Source: a virus (lineage: Duplodnaviria; Caudoviricetes). From it: 64,000 nt of DNA. Under the pieces are notes generated by a model. That model did not search any database. It was not told the DNA's origin and saw nothing but the letters and a program-made list of their open reading frames with translations. The position numbers and the translations under genes were made by a program. The stretch lies in the IMG/VR virus record IMGVR_UViG_3300044645_001661, one strand, 5' to 3'. Shown here piece by piece: positions 36,708 through 47,173 of this stretch. Position 1 is the stretch's first letter, and every line of letters starts with the position of its first letter.

Positions 36708-37787
36708 ATGACTGCTTCAATCGCTTCACGTCAACAATCGAATACTTGGGAACAGTTCTGTAATTGGGTTACTTCAACCAATAATCGTCTTTATGTTGGT
36801 TGGTTTGGAGTCCTGATGATTCCTTGCCTACTTGCTGCTACGACTTGTTTTATCATCGCGTTCATCGGTGCTCCCCCTGTGGACATTGATGGTATCCGTG
36901 AACCCGTTGCTGGTTCACTCATGTACGGAAACAACATCATCTCTGGTGCTGTTATTCCTTCGTCCAATGCTATTGGACTACACTTTTACCCCATCTGGGA
37001 AGCTGCTTCCCTAGATGAGTGGCTTTACAACGGTGGTCCTTTCCAACTGGTTGTGTTCCACTTCCTGATTGGTATTTACGCCTACATGGGTCGTGAGTGG
37101 GAACTCTCCTATCGTCTGGGTATGCGTCCTTGGATCTGTGTTGCTTACTCGGCACCTGTTGCTGCTGCATCTGCTGTATTCCTGGTCTATCCCTTCGGTC
37201 AAGGTTCTTTCTCTGATGCGATGCCCCTGGGTATCTCTGGTACGTTCAACTATATGCTTGTGTTCCAGGCAGAGCATAACATTCTAATGCACCCCTTCCA
37301 TATGCTTGGTGTTGCTGGTGTGTTCGGTGGTTCTCTGTTCTCTGCGATGCACGGTTCTCTAGTTACTTCCTCTCTGGTTCGTGAAACCACTGAGAATGAG
37401 TCGCAGAACTATGGTTACAAGTTCGGACAAGAAGAAGAGACTTATAACATCGTTGCTGCTCACGGTTATTTTGGACGCCTTATTTTCCAATATGCTTCCT
37501 TCAATAACTCACGTTCGCTGCACTTCTTCCTTGCTGCATGGCCTGTAGTTGGTATCTGGTTCACTGCTCTTGGTGTTAGTACCATGGCATTCAACCTGAA
37601 TGGTTTCAACTTCAATCAGTCCATCGTTGATAGTCAAGGTCGTGTACTCAACACTTGGGCAGATGTTCTGAACCGTGCTGGTCTGGGTATGGAAGTGATG
37701 CATGAACGTAATGCTCACAATTTCCCTCTGGATCTTGCTGCTGCTGAGAACACTCCTGTTGCTCTCACTGCTCCTAGCATCGGTTGA
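36708..37787 (+). CDS. psbA: Photosystem II D1 protein
   Basis: Full D1 sequence ([22 protein letters not shown]); no intron. Confidence 0.99.
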   Translation: MTASIASRQQSNTWEQFCNWVTSTNNRLYVGWFGVLMIPCLLAATTCFIIAFIGAPPVDIDGIREPVAGSLMYGNNIISGAVIPSSNAIGLHFYPIWEAASLDEWLYNGGPFQLVVFHFLIGIYAYMGREWELSYRLGMRPWICVAYSAPVAAASAVFLVYPFGQGSFSDAMPLGISGTFNYMLVFQAEHNILMHPFHMLGVAGVFGGSLFSAMHGSLVTSSLVRETTENESQNYGYKFGQEEETYNIVAAHGYFGRLIFQYASFNNSRSLHFFLAAWPVVGIWFTALGVSTMAFNLNGFNFNQSIVDSQGRVLNTWADVLNRAGLGMEVMHERNAHNFPLDLAAAENTPVALTAPSIG

Positions 37788-37812
37788 TAAAAACTGAATA
37801 ACTGATATAATT

Positions 37813-37839
37813 AAGAGGGTATAACAACCCTCTTTTTTT
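37813..37839 (+). terminator. psbA terminator
   Basis: AAGAGGGT/ACCCTCTT stem plus T-run. Confidence 0.8.
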
Positions 37840-37962
37840 ATGTCTCATAATACTCAACACGAACCTGTGCCTAACTGGGTAATCTGGGCAGGTGTAGGTA
37901 TGATGGTATTCACAGTCCTTGTGTTTTTTTTATTTACTCTAGGTCAGATTTATTGGGGATAG
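37840..37962 (+). CDS. Small membrane peptide (40 aa)
   Basis: MSHNTQHEPVPNWVIWAGVGMMVFTVLVFFLFTLGQIYWG. Confidence 0.55.
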   Translation: MSHNTQHEPVPNWVIWAGVGMMVFTVLVFFLFTLGQIYWG

Positions 37963-37968
37963 AAATTT

Positions 37969-38172
37969 ATGTTTATTTTTAAAGTAGGTGATATTTGTAG
38001 GATTAATAATCCAATTCAAAGACGGCACGGAAGAGAATTTGAAATTCTAGGTTTTATGTATGATAAAGATGATGAATATTTTCCTCCAATTGCAATGAAA
38101 GTTAGATACTTAGACACCAATCGTAAAGGAACATATGATTGCTCATTTGATTCTCTCGTTGTAATTGGATAA
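37969..38172 (+). CDS. Hypothetical protein (KOW/SH3-like)
   Basis: FKVGDICRI...beta-rich 67 aa. Confidence 0.5.
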   Translation: MFIFKVGDICRINNPIQRRHGREFEILGFMYDKDDEYFPPIAMKVRYLDTNRKGTYDCSFDSLVVIG

Positions 38173-38239
38173 GCACTAATACTCATTGACCTCTTTGTTA
38201 AGGAATGTTAAGATAAATATGAGAAATACATAGGAGGTT

Positions 38240-39301
38240 ATGACTTCTTCAACACTTACACAACCTATTTCGCAGAGAGGATGGTTTGATGTCTTGGATG
38301 ACTGGCTTAAACGAGATCGCTTTGTCTTTGTGGGTTGGTCTGGATTACTTCTTTTTCCCACTGCTTATTTGGCCCTTGGTGGCTGGCTTACTGGCACAAC
38401 GTTTGTTACCAGTTGGTACACCCACGGGTTGGCGTCTTCTTACCTTGAGGGTGCTAATTTCCTCACGGCAGCTGTGTCTACGCCTGCAGACGCTATGGGT
38501 CATTCTCTTCTTCTACTTTGGGGTCCTGAAGCTCAAGGAGATATTGTCAGGTGGTTCCAACTTGGGGGACTCTGGCCTTTTGTGGCACTACACGGGTCTT
38601 TCGCTCTAATTGGATTCATGCTTCGCCAGTTTGAGATTGCCCGTCTTGTAGGTATTCGTCCTTATAACGCAATCGCATTCTCTGGTCCTATTGCAGTATT
38701 TGTTTCTGTATTCTTAATGTATCCTCTGGGGCAATCCAGTTGGTTCTTTGCACCTTCATTCGGTGTTGCTGCAATCTTCCGATTCCTGCTGTTCCTACAA
38801 GGTTTCCACAACTGGACCCTTAATCCTTTCCATATGATGGGAGTTGCTGGTATACTAGGAGGTGCTCTACTCTGTGCTATTCATGGTGCAACAGTTGAAA
38901 ACACCCTCTTCGAAGATAGTGACCAATCAAACACCTTCAAGGCTTTTGAACCTACCCAAGAAGAGGAAACCTATTCAATGGTTACAGCGAATAGGTTCTG
39001 GTCTCAAATTTTTGGTATCGCTTTTAGTAATAAGCGTTGGCTCCATTTCTTTATGTTGTTTGTACCTGTTATGGGTCTGTGGACATCTAGTATTGGAATC
39101 ATTGGGTTGGCTCTTAACCTTCGAGCATACGATTTCGTATCACAGGAAATTCGTGCAGCAGAAGATCCAGAATTTGAAACGTTCTACACGAAAAATATCC
39201 TTCTAAATGAAGGTCTTCGTGCTTGGATGGCACCAGTTGACCAACCTCATGAGCAGTTTGTATTTCCTGAGGAAGTTCTTCCAAGGGGCAACGCACTTTG
39301 A
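38240..39301 (+). CDS. psbD: Photosystem II D2 protein
   Basis: [16 protein letters not shown]...[10 protein letters not shown]. Confidence 0.99.
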   Translation: MTSSTLTQPISQRGWFDVLDDWLKRDRFVFVGWSGLLLFPTAYLALGGWLTGTTFVTSWYTHGLASSYLEGANFLTAAVSTPADAMGHSLLLLWGPEAQGDIVRWFQLGGLWPFVALHGSFALIGFMLRQFEIARLVGIRPYNAIAFSGPIAVFVSVFLMYPLGQSSWFFAPSFGVAAIFRFLLFLQGFHNWTLNPFHMMGVAGILGGALLCAIHGATVENTLFEDSDQSNTFKAFEPTQEEETYSMVTANRFWSQIFGIAFSNKRWLHFFMLFVPVMGLWTSSIGIIGLALNLRAYDFVSQEIRAAEDPEFETFYTKNILLNEGLRAWMAPVDQPHEQFVFPEEVLPRGNAL

Positions 39302-39307
39302 TTTTAT

Positions 39308-39329
39308 AAGACCCTTCGGGGTCTTTTTT
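39308..39329 (+). terminator. psbD terminator
   Basis: AAGACCC-TTCG-GGGTCTT plus T-run. Confidence 0.85.
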
Positions 39330-39406
39330 ATTATATCTTTAATTCATAACAAAATTTAATATCTTATCAAGAACCCGTTATAATTATAATGAGTTCTTAT
39401 TTTTAT

Positions 39407-40066
39407 ATGAAGATCTTTTTAGATACCGCAGATGTTTCAATGATTAGTCCAGCATATGAGACTGGACTATTGGATGGAGTTACTACAAATCCCACTTTGA
39501 TTCTTAAAAGTGGTAGACAACTTCGAGAAGTTATTAACGAAATTTCGGATATATTTCCAAATTTAGAAAGCATTTCTGCTGAGGTAGTTGCAGACACTGC
39601 TGACGAAATGATTTCGCAAGCACAACAATATTACACAATCGCTCCTGCTGTTACAATCAAAGTCCCTTGTACTGTAGAAGGACTTAAAGTTTGCAAGTTT
39701 CTTTCCGATAAAGGAATTCAAGTTAATGTAACACTTGTGTTCTCAGTGGCACAAGCAATTCTTGCATCAAAGGCAGGAGCAACATTTATTTCACCATTTG
39801 TAGGTAGATGGATGGACAATTCCGTAGATGGAATTGAACTGATTAAAAATATTCGTACAGCATTTGATTATTCGGGAACATCTACACAAATTCTTGCAGC
39901 ATCTCTTCGTGATATAAGACAGGTAGAACAATCTGCTCTTTGTGGTGCTGATGTAGTTACAATTCCTCCCATTGTATTCTGGGCAATGTATAAGAACATT
40001 ATGACTGATAAGGGTTTGGAACTCTTCCAGAAAGATTGGGACTCTGTTTTAGATAATAAAAAATGA
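39407..40066 (+). CDS. talC: Transaldolase (TalC/FSA family)
   Basis: IFLDTAD, GVTTNPTLI, TIKVPCT, NVTLVFS, SPFVGR, AASLR. Confidence 0.95.
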   Translation: MKIFLDTADVSMISPAYETGLLDGVTTNPTLILKSGRQLREVINEISDIFPNLESISAEVVADTADEMISQAQQYYTIAPAVTIKVPCTVEGLKVCKFLSDKGIQVNVTLVFSVAQAILASKAGATFISPFVGRWMDNSVDGIELIKNIRTAFDYSGTSTQILAASLRDIRQVEQSALCGADVVTIPPIVFWAMYKNIMTDKGLELFQKDWDSVLDNKK

Positions 40067-41394
40067 AATCAATAGTAATATTTGGGGCAACTGGTGACCT
40101 CTGTAAAAGGAAACTCATACCAGCACTTTATTCTCTTCACAAGAAAAATCTTTTACCAAAAGGATTTAAAATTATTGGTGCTTCTAGAACTAAACATAGT
40201 AAGGAGAGTTGGGTTGAGATTTTAGGACACTATTCTCAAGAGTTTATTAAACGACTTGATTATGTTCCTTGTGACTTAAGCGATTTAGAATCTTTAAAAC
40301 TGATAGATTCTTGCGATGACACCACTTATTTTCTATCAGTTCCTCCAGAAAGATATGTTGATGCAATTACTAATCTAAAAGAGGCAGGTAAATTAGATGA
40401 CGCAGAAAAATCTAGAGTCATTATTGAGAAACCTTTTGGCACCGATATTCAATCTGCTAATCATTTACAATCTGTGGTGGCTGGATATTTACGCGAAAAA
40501 CAAGTATATCGCATTGACCATTATCTGGGCAAAGATACTGTTAATAATATCCTTGCCACCCGCTTTAGCAATATATTATTGGAACCACTTTGGAACAGGA
40601 ACTTTATAGAAGAAGTTCAGATCTTTGCAACTGAAACGATTGGTTGTGAAGGTCGTGCCCAGTATTATGATACTGCTGGTGCCGTAAGAGATATGCTTCA
40701 AAACCATATGCTTCAGGTGCTTGCATTAATTGCAATGGAACCTCCTTGTAAAAATGATGCTAAAGAAATTCGCAGAGAGAAGGTTAAGGTTCTTGCTGCA
40801 ACTAGACTTGGTGATAATGTAGTTCTTGGACAATATGATGAATATAAAAATGAGGAAGGAGTAACTCAAGGTTCTCAAACTCCAACTTTTGTTGCTGGTG
40901 ATCTTTATATTGATAACTGGAGATGGAAAGGAGTTCCATTTCACTTTATGACAGGTAAAAAAATGCCCGTGAATTGTGTTGAGGTTGTGATTAAATTTAA
41001 GTCTCCACCACAACAATTATTTGATGGGCACGAATGCAACGATAGAATTGTAATGAGATTACAACCAGATCCACATTTGGATATGCGTATTGACATCAAA
41101 TCTCCTGGACTAAATGATAATGTAGAATCAGCAATTCTTCAGTATCATTATCCAGTAGAAAAAGCAATTGATGGTTATGTAAAACTTTTTTATGATGCAA
41201 TAAACGAAGATCAATCACACTTTGTTCATGCTGATGAGGTATTAGAATCTTGGAGAATTGTTGATGATCTTTTATGTACTGGAGATCATTGTCGTATTAT
41301 GACAATGCCATATCTTTATAATGAAGGTGTTTGGGGACCTTGGCAAAAAACAGAACTTATTACTAAGTGGGATTATCCACTCAAATTAAAATAG
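40063..41394 (+). CDS. zwf: Glucose-6-phosphate dehydrogenase
   Basis: IFGATGDL, IEKPFG, RIDHYLGK, RDMLQNH, RWKGVPF. Confidence 0.97.
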   Translation: MKSIVIFGATGDLCKRKLIPALYSLHKKNLLPKGFKIIGASRTKHSKESWVEILGHYSQEFIKRLDYVPCDLSDLESLKLIDSCDDTTYFLSVPPERYVDAITNLKEAGKLDDAEKSRVIIEKPFGTDIQSANHLQSVVAGYLREKQVYRIDHYLGKDTVNNILATRFSNILLEPLWNRNFIEEVQIFATETIGCEGRAQYYDTAGAVRDMLQNHMLQVLALIAMEPPCKNDAKEIRREKVKVLAATRLGDNVVLGQYDEYKNEEGVTQGSQTPTFVAGDLYIDNWRWKGVPFHFMTGKKMPVNCVEVVIKFKSPPQQLFDGHECNDRIVMRLQPDPHLDMRIDIKSPGLNDNVESAILQYHYPVEKAIDGYVKLFYDAINEDQSHFVHADEVLESWRIVDDLLCTGDHCRIMTMPYLYNEGVWGPWQKTELITKWDYPLKLK

Positions 41395-41403
41395 GAGTAA
41401 AAA

Positions 41404-42438
41404 ATGAAAGTAGGAATGATTGGATTAGGGAGAATGGGCGAAGGAATGTCTCGTCGTATGATGAAGGCAGGAATAGAAGTCTGGGGTTATCGTAGAAATT
41501 ATGAAAAAGCACAAGAAGCATATGAAAACGGATATGTAGATGGAGTTGCAACTACTATCGAAAATCTTGTTAAAATAGTTAAACAAAAAATAAACGGTGG
41601 TAATCAACCAGGAATTTTCCAGATGGTTGTGCCAGCAGAAACAGTAGAGGAGACGATTAATGAGTTACTACGATATTGTAGTGAAGGAGATATTATTATT
41701 GATCATGGCAATAGCAATTTTAAAGACAGTCGGAAGAGAGCAGAACGCTTGGCAAAGCATGGCATCCAATATATTGATTGTGGCACTAGCGGTGGTGTTT
41801 ATGGTTTGGATCGTGGATACTGTCTTATGGTTGGAGGTGGAGATACTGCAGTCGCCACTTGTAAAAGCATTTTTAATTCCCTCTCCCCAGGAATTGACGC
41901 TGCCCCCAGGACTCAATTTGACTCAGACATAACTTCTGCTGAATACGGTTGGTTGCATTGTGGTGGTCCAGGTGCTGGACACTTTGTGAAGATGGTTCAT
42001 AATGGTATTGAGTATGGCATTATGCAGGCATATGCAGAAGGATTTAACATTATCAAGAACGCTAATGCAGGTGCTCAGTATGTCAGGGAAGGAGATGCAG
42101 AGGTTGCCCCTATGGCAGATCCAGAATCTTATTGCTATGATATTGATGTTGCTGAGGTTGCTGAGTTATGGCGTCGTGGTAGCGTGGTTGGGTCTTGGTT
42201 ACTCGATCTTACTGCTGATGTGCTACGCAGGGATGGTAGCCTTAAACAATTCTCTGGAGGTGTATCCGATAGTGGTGAGGGTCGTTGGACTGTTTCTGCC
42301 GCTGTGGATCTGGGGGTTCCCGCTCCTGTTATTACTACTGCCTTATTTGAAAGATTTAACTCACGCAATCTTGGATCGTTCGGAGCAAAAATCCTGAACG
42401 GAATGCGTTATATGTTTGGTGGTCATCATGTTAGGTAA
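41404..42438 (+). CDS. gnd: 6-phosphogluconate dehydrogenase (short form)
   Basis: GLGRMG, IDHGNS, DCGTSGG, HFVKMVHNGIEYG, DSGEGRW. Confidence 0.97.
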   Translation: MKVGMIGLGRMGEGMSRRMMKAGIEVWGYRRNYEKAQEAYENGYVDGVATTIENLVKIVKQKINGGNQPGIFQMVVPAETVEETINELLRYCSEGDIIIDHGNSNFKDSRKRAERLAKHGIQYIDCGTSGGVYGLDRGYCLMVGGGDTAVATCKSIFNSLSPGIDAAPRTQFDSDITSAEYGWLHCGGPGAGHFVKMVHNGIEYGIMQAYAEGFNIIKNANAGAQYVREGDAEVAPMADPESYCYDIDVAEVAELWRRGSVVGSWLLDLTADVLRRDGSLKQFSGGVSDSGEGRWTVSAAVDLGVPAPVITTALFERFNSRNLGSFGAKILNGMRYMFGGHHVR

Positions 42439-42502
42439 CTAATTAACGATAAAAAGTGCTTGTAACAAATTTAAAATAAATATTCATAAGTTGCAAGCAC
42501 TT

Positions 42503-42874
42503 ATGAGACCTCTCCAATCGCCTCAAGAATACTTGTTCAATCTTCAAACAACAAGTCAATCTGAAGCAAAACGATTATGGAGAAAAGAAATAAAAGAAAG
42601 TTGGAATCATAAATGTGCTTATTGTGGTTCTGAAGAAAATTTAACTTTAGATCATGTTATCCCACAATCAAAAGGAGGTTTAGATATTACAAGAAATGTG
42701 GTATGTTGCTGCAAATCTTGTAATCAATCTAAAGGACATGAACATTGGAAATTGTGGTATGTCCAACAAGACTTCTACAATGAAGATAGTTTGAATAAAA
42801 TAGATGGATGGATGGAACCACCAAAACCTACAAATCTTTATAGTTATCGCCCAAGAAGAAATAATGCATCATGA
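42503..42874 (+). CDS. HNH endonuclease
   Basis: CAYCG...LDHVIPQSKGG...NVVCCCKSCNQSK. Confidence 0.88.
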   Translation: MRPLQSPQEYLFNLQTTSQSEAKRLWRKEIKESWNHKCAYCGSEENLTLDHVIPQSKGGLDITRNVVCCCKSCNQSKGHEHWKLWYVQQDFYNEDSLNKIDGWMEPPKPTNLYSYRPRRNNAS

Positions 42875-42984
42875 TTAATTCAACAACTCCGTATAAACTA
42901 GCAGAAATTATTAGAGATACTTGGCCAAATTTATATAATCCACCAAAAAATTATAAATCACCTCCTAAAGATAAATCTAAATAA
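42871..42984 (+). CDS. Small hypothetical protein (37 aa)
   Basis: MINSTTPYKLAEIIRDTWPNLY; ATGA overlap with the HNH stop. Confidence 0.5.
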   Translation: MINSTTPYKLAEIIRDTWPNLYNPPKNYKSPPKDKSK

Positions 42985-43005
42985 AAACAATATTATAACT
43001 TTAAT

Positions 43006-43842
43006 ATGGATACATTAATAGAAAGATTGGTTTCTAAAATAGAATCATTAGAAAAAAAGATAGAAAATATAGAAAAAGAAGTATTTTTAGATTCGGATAA
43101 ACCGACATGGGTTTTAAACGATAATTTACCATGTCCATTTTATCCAAAAAAAGTAGAAGAAAATACTAAAATTGTTAGAGTAAAAGACAATTATTTTTAT
43201 ACTGCATATAATCTTTTCGATAGAGTAACTATCAAAAATATGCGTGAAGACTGTGACAGACAATTCAATAAAACAAATCAAACTCCATTAAGGGGAAAAC
43301 AAAACAGTGGATGTATTATAGATTGTCATGGGCACCATTTATCAAACAGTCCAGAATATCCATATAAAGAAAATTGTTGGAATACCTTTTGTATGACAGC
43401 AAAAAAGCATGTAATTAATTATTGTATTCATGCTGGAATTGATCCAGAAAAAATAATTCCACATTCTTGTTGGTCTTCTAGAATGGTGGATTATGAAGAT
43501 CCTGATAATTACTTAACTTTAGAATGGAATAATAGTACTGATAATGTAATTAATAAACATTTAATTGGTGTTGTATACTATTTGTCAAATCCAGATCCAA
43601 AATATGGAACTTATGTTTCCATAGAAAAACCAAAAATAAAAGGATTATTTAATTCTAAAAATACTTATTATAATGAGGGTATTGAAAATTCATTTTTTAT
43701 TTTTGATGTTGGTAAATCAATTCATTCGGATATGATACCCAAATTGAATGAGTTAAAGAGAAAACCAAAATATGTTATTAGATTCGATTGGTATATAAAT
43801 TTTCCATACAATAAACCCTCTTGGGAACTTCCAAAAATATAA
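43006..43842 (+). CDS. Hypothetical protein, possible double-stranded beta-helix (2OG-Fe(II) oxygenase-like) fold
   Basis: HLIGVVYYLSNP...GTY...FFIFD..SIHS pattern; the HxD/H motif is unclear. Confidence 0.4.
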   Translation: MDTLIERLVSKIESLEKKIENIEKEVFLDSDKPTWVLNDNLPCPFYPKKVEENTKIVRVKDNYFYTAYNLFDRVTIKNMREDCDRQFNKTNQTPLRGKQNSGCIIDCHGHHLSNSPEYPYKENCWNTFCMTAKKHVINYCIHAGIDPEKIIPHSCWSSRMVDYEDPDNYLTLEWNNSTDNVINKHLIGVVYYLSNPDPKYGTYVSIEKPKIKGLFNSKNTYYNEGIENSFFIFDVGKSIHSDMIPKLNELKRKPKYVIRFDWYINFPYNKPSWELPKI

Positions 43843-43844
43843 TA

Positions 43845-44459
43845 TTAATATCCTAAAATTTCATAATCTTGAGCATAATATTCTTTTACTAAAGATTCTA
43901 TTTTTGCATTTGTTTTTAATTTATTTTCTTGTAATTCTGCAGGATCTCCATAATATGAATATTCTCTTACTTCTACATTATCATTAAATTGTTGATTAAA
44001 CCATTCAATAAAATTCTTTGTTAATCCATCCTCAAATTTATAGATTAATGTTTTATCGCTTAGAAATTCATTTTGTGATCTCATCCAATTTGAATTATAT
44101 CTTTTGGTAATGGCATGATATTCAATAAAATGCTTTAATCCACCTTCAGTTTCTAAAGAAGAAATAACCTGATCTTCCATATCGGAATACCATTCATTGA
44201 TCATGCAATGTGCGGCGGAAGCGAATCTGGTAAAAGGATTTCTAACAATTGCAAATTGTTTAGCATTTTCAACGTCTTCTAACATTTCATATAATGGATA
44301 ATGTAAATGCATAATGCTAATCCCGTAGATTGATTGATCATAATCTGTGTGATAAAGATTGTATCCATTATTAGATAAAACTTCTTTAATATATCTTCCA
44401 CCAGTTCTGGGAATATGAATGTGAAATGCTTTGATATCCTCTTTTACAAATAAAGTCAT
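43845..44459 (-). CDS. Sulfotransferase family protein
   Basis: HIHIPRTGGRY (5'-PSB-like) and FAIVRNPFTRFAS (3'-PB-like). Confidence 0.8.
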   Translation of the reverse strand: MTLFVKEDIKAFHIHIPRTGGRYIKEVLSNNGYNLYHTDYDQSIYGISIMHLHYPLYEMLEDVENAKQFAIVRNPFTRFASAAHCMINEWYSDMEDQVISSLETEGGLKHFIEYHAITKRYNSNWMRSQNEFLSDKTLIYKFEDGLTKNFIEWFNQQFNDNVEVREYSYYGDPAELQENKLKTNAKIESLVKEYYAQDYEILGY

Positions 44460-44605
44460 TTTTATTTCCTACCATTGACCTTATTATACAGTATAAATTC
44501 AAATTTGACACTACCCCCGAATATCGCTAAAATACCTTTGTTAGGGTTGAATAAATATAGCTAGCTACAATACTATAAATATTTGAAACCCTTAGAAGAA
44601 GTATA

Positions 44606-44941
44606 ATGGCAGCAATACCCTTAAATCTTACTATTGAACAGGGTGCAGATTTTCAGATAAATTTGACTGTTAGAAATAAAGATGGCACACCATTAAATCT
44701 TTTGGGATATACTGCTTCTAGTAATTTGAGAAAGCATCATACATCAACAACTACGTATCCTTTTATTCTTACTTTTGTTGATAGGATTAATGGAAGAATA
44801 TCTTTAGAAATGTCAGATGCTGTCACGGCAACTTTGACTGAGGGAAGATATGTGTATGATATTTTTATTGAATCATCTAATGGCAAAAAGACAAAAGTAG
44901 TTTATGGGATGGCATTAGTATCTCCAGGAGTTAGCTTCTAA
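44606..44941 (+). CDS. Virion structural protein (baseplate/tail associated)
   Basis: NLTIEQGADF...LNLLGYT...GRYVYDI; late promoter at 44574. Confidence 0.7.
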   Translation: MAAIPLNLTIEQGADFQINLTVRNKDGTPLNLLGYTASSNLRKHHTSTTTYPFILTFVDRINGRISLEMSDAVTATLTEGRYVYDIFIESSNGKKTKVVYGMALVSPGVSF

Positions 44942-45651
44942 TGTCTGATTTTATAGTAACGGTTGATGATGGTTTATATGATGTTACGATTGATCCAGGA
45001 TTACAACGATATAATCTTGGAGTCAATTATGAAATACCATCAAAATCAACACAGTATAGTAATCTTCTTCTAGATAATATATCAGCATCTTTTAATGGAA
45101 CTTCTCAAACATTTCCATTAACTGTCAATGGTGAACCATATTCCCCTTTAAATGAACAACAATTAATTATTTCTATTAATGATATTGTTTTAAATCCTGG
45201 TGTAGATTATCAAATATCTGGTAGTAATATTCATTTTACTATACCTCCATCTAATGGAGATGTATTTTTTGGGGTTGCGATGGCAACCACCGCAGATCTT
45301 ACAAGAACTATTAATTTTGTTCTTGATAGTGGATCTGAAGATATTTCAGCAGGATCTAAAGGACAACTTGGTATTGATGTAACTGGAAGAATAGAATCCT
45401 GGGTTTTAGTTTCTGAGAATGTAGGATCAATAGTCATTGATATCCAAAAAGATAGATATGACACCTTCCCAGATAATCTTACCTCTATTGTTGGATCTGA
45501 ATATCCAAGATTAAGTAATCAACTTAAAAATAGAGATGAAGATCTTACAACTTGGAACACAATAATTACTGCAGGAGACATTTTAGACTTTAGTGTTGTA
45601 TCTTGTTCTGGAATTAAAAAATGTTCTCTATTTCTTAGACTTTTACTTTGA
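44941..45651 (+). CDS. Virion structural protein
   Basis: LDNISASFNG...EQQLIISINDIVLNPGVDY...FTIPP module typical of cyanophage tail proteins. Confidence 0.65.
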   Translation: MSDFIVTVDDGLYDVTIDPGLQRYNLGVNYEIPSKSTQYSNLLLDNISASFNGTSQTFPLTVNGEPYSPLNEQQLIISINDIVLNPGVDYQISGSNIHFTIPPSNGDVFFGVAMATTADLTRTINFVLDSGSEDISAGSKGQLGIDVTGRIESWVLVSENVGSIVIDIQKDRYDTFPDNLTSIVGSEYPRLSNQLKNRDEDLTTWNTIITAGDILDFSVVSCSGIKKCSLFLRLLL

Positions 45652-45712
45652 TACAATTATTAAAATCTTATAAATAAAAACATAACGGATAACTGTAACG
45701 GAGACCTTTCAA

Positions 45713-47092
45713 ATGGCTTTATTAGTATCAGACAGTGGTGAATTACAGTCATTGAGATATCTGGTAAATAGCAATCGCAATATTCCAAAGAATTTAATTC
45801 TGAAGCTTTTTACTAGCAACACCACTCCAGCTGAGAGTGATGTTCCAACTCAATTGAAGTATTATGAACCATATGACGCATCTGGATCTGTTGGTTATGG
45901 AACCGCAGCAAGCACTGGATATCCTTTAGTAATTAATAATAGAAACGACGAAGATTATTCAAGACAATACGGTATTCTTCTGAATGGTAGTCAGTGGAAT
46001 GTAAGAACAATTGTTACCCCAATTGCAACTCCAACTGGAAGTGGTAACATCAACGAATATACCATTACCGTATCTTCAACAACCAATATTGCTGTTGGTC
46101 ATTATGTATCTGGTGGTGGTGTAGGTTCTAATGCAACTGTTGCTGCAATTGACGGTAACGTAATTGTCCTTACTGTTAAGAACGCATCTACATTCAGCAA
46201 CCAAGCACTAGAGTTTGGTAGAGGAACAACAACTGCTTCTTATACTGAGCAGACCTTTACCTTTACATCTGCTGCTAATAACTGCTATGGTTATTATCTG
46301 GTAAGGGCAAATAACATGCCTGTTGCTTTAAACGGTGTTCTTCATGCCGCTTCAGTTGGTATTGGTTCTACTGTATCTAAAGCACAAACTAGTGGAACAA
46401 TTGGTCAATCTTATGTAACTCTGTTCCCATTCAAGTCTGAACCAACTGCAACTGGTATCGGATCAGAATTTACAATTACTGTATCCAGCAATGCTGGCAT
46501 TACTACTAGCCAAAGAGTTATTGGTGTAGGTATTGCTTCTGGTGCAACAGTTGTTGGTATCATGAATACTACAACTATTGTTCTTAGTAAGAAAAATACA
46601 GGATCTGTAAGCGGTGTTACAACATTCTACAGAAATGTTACTGAAGATCTCTGTGTAGGTATGGGTGTTACCCATGGATTCCTTGCTGGAGAAACTGACG
46701 CTATTCCTGCTGGAACTGTTGTCACTGGTATTGATGAAAAAACTGGTATTGTATATCTGAGTAATGAACTCGATAACAACATTCAGTCTGCGACTGGTAA
46801 CATCGTTTACTTTAACTTCAGTCAAGTTACTGCTACTGATCATGGATTAGTTCCTGGTGATGTAATTTATATTGCTGCTGGTGCTGCAAACACAACTACA
46901 ACATCCGCAACTTATACAATCTTTGAGACTCCAAATACTAATACCTTTAGAACTGTTCCTGCCCTATCTGGTATTGGAAGTGCTACTCTTTATAGCAGCA
47001 TCTTCTTCGCAGAAAGATTCACAAACGGTCCTTACAACATTCAGAACAACGGTGACCAAATCAAGGTTACTCTGAATATCAGCCTCGACTGA
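45713..47092 (+). CDS. Tail/baseplate structural protein
   Basis: LKLFTSNTTPAE...YGYYLV...ERFTNGPYNIQNNGDQIKVT; Thr/Gly/Ser-rich. Confidence 0.65.
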   Translation: MALLVSDSGELQSLRYLVNSNRNIPKNLILKLFTSNTTPAESDVPTQLKYYEPYDASGSVGYGTAASTGYPLVINNRNDEDYSRQYGILLNGSQWNVRTIVTPIATPTGSGNINEYTITVSSTTNIAVGHYVSGGGVGSNATVAAIDGNVIVLTVKNASTFSNQALEFGRGTTTASYTEQTFTFTSAANNCYGYYLVRANNMPVALNGVLHAASVGIGSTVSKAQTSGTIGQSYVTLFPFKSEPTATGIGSEFTITVSSNAGITTSQRVIGVGIASGATVVGIMNTTTIVLSKKNTGSVSGVTTFYRNVTEDLCVGMGVTHGFLAGETDAIPAGTVVTGIDEKTGIVYLSNELDNNIQSATGNIVYFNFSQVTATDHGLVPGDVIYIAAGAANTTTTSATYTIFETPNTNTFRTVPALSGIGSATLYSSIFFAERFTNGPYNIQNNGDQIKVTLNISLD

Positions 47093-47173
47093 TTTACACT
47101 GCTTGATATCTTTGTTATGGGGGGATTGCCAAAGCGATCCCTCCTATTTTTTTATCGGAGATAAGGGAATACT

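Noticed and set aside
36708-39301. Group I introns in psbA/psbD (also checked nrdA/nrdB)
   Set aside because: All four reading frames are continuous and of normal length
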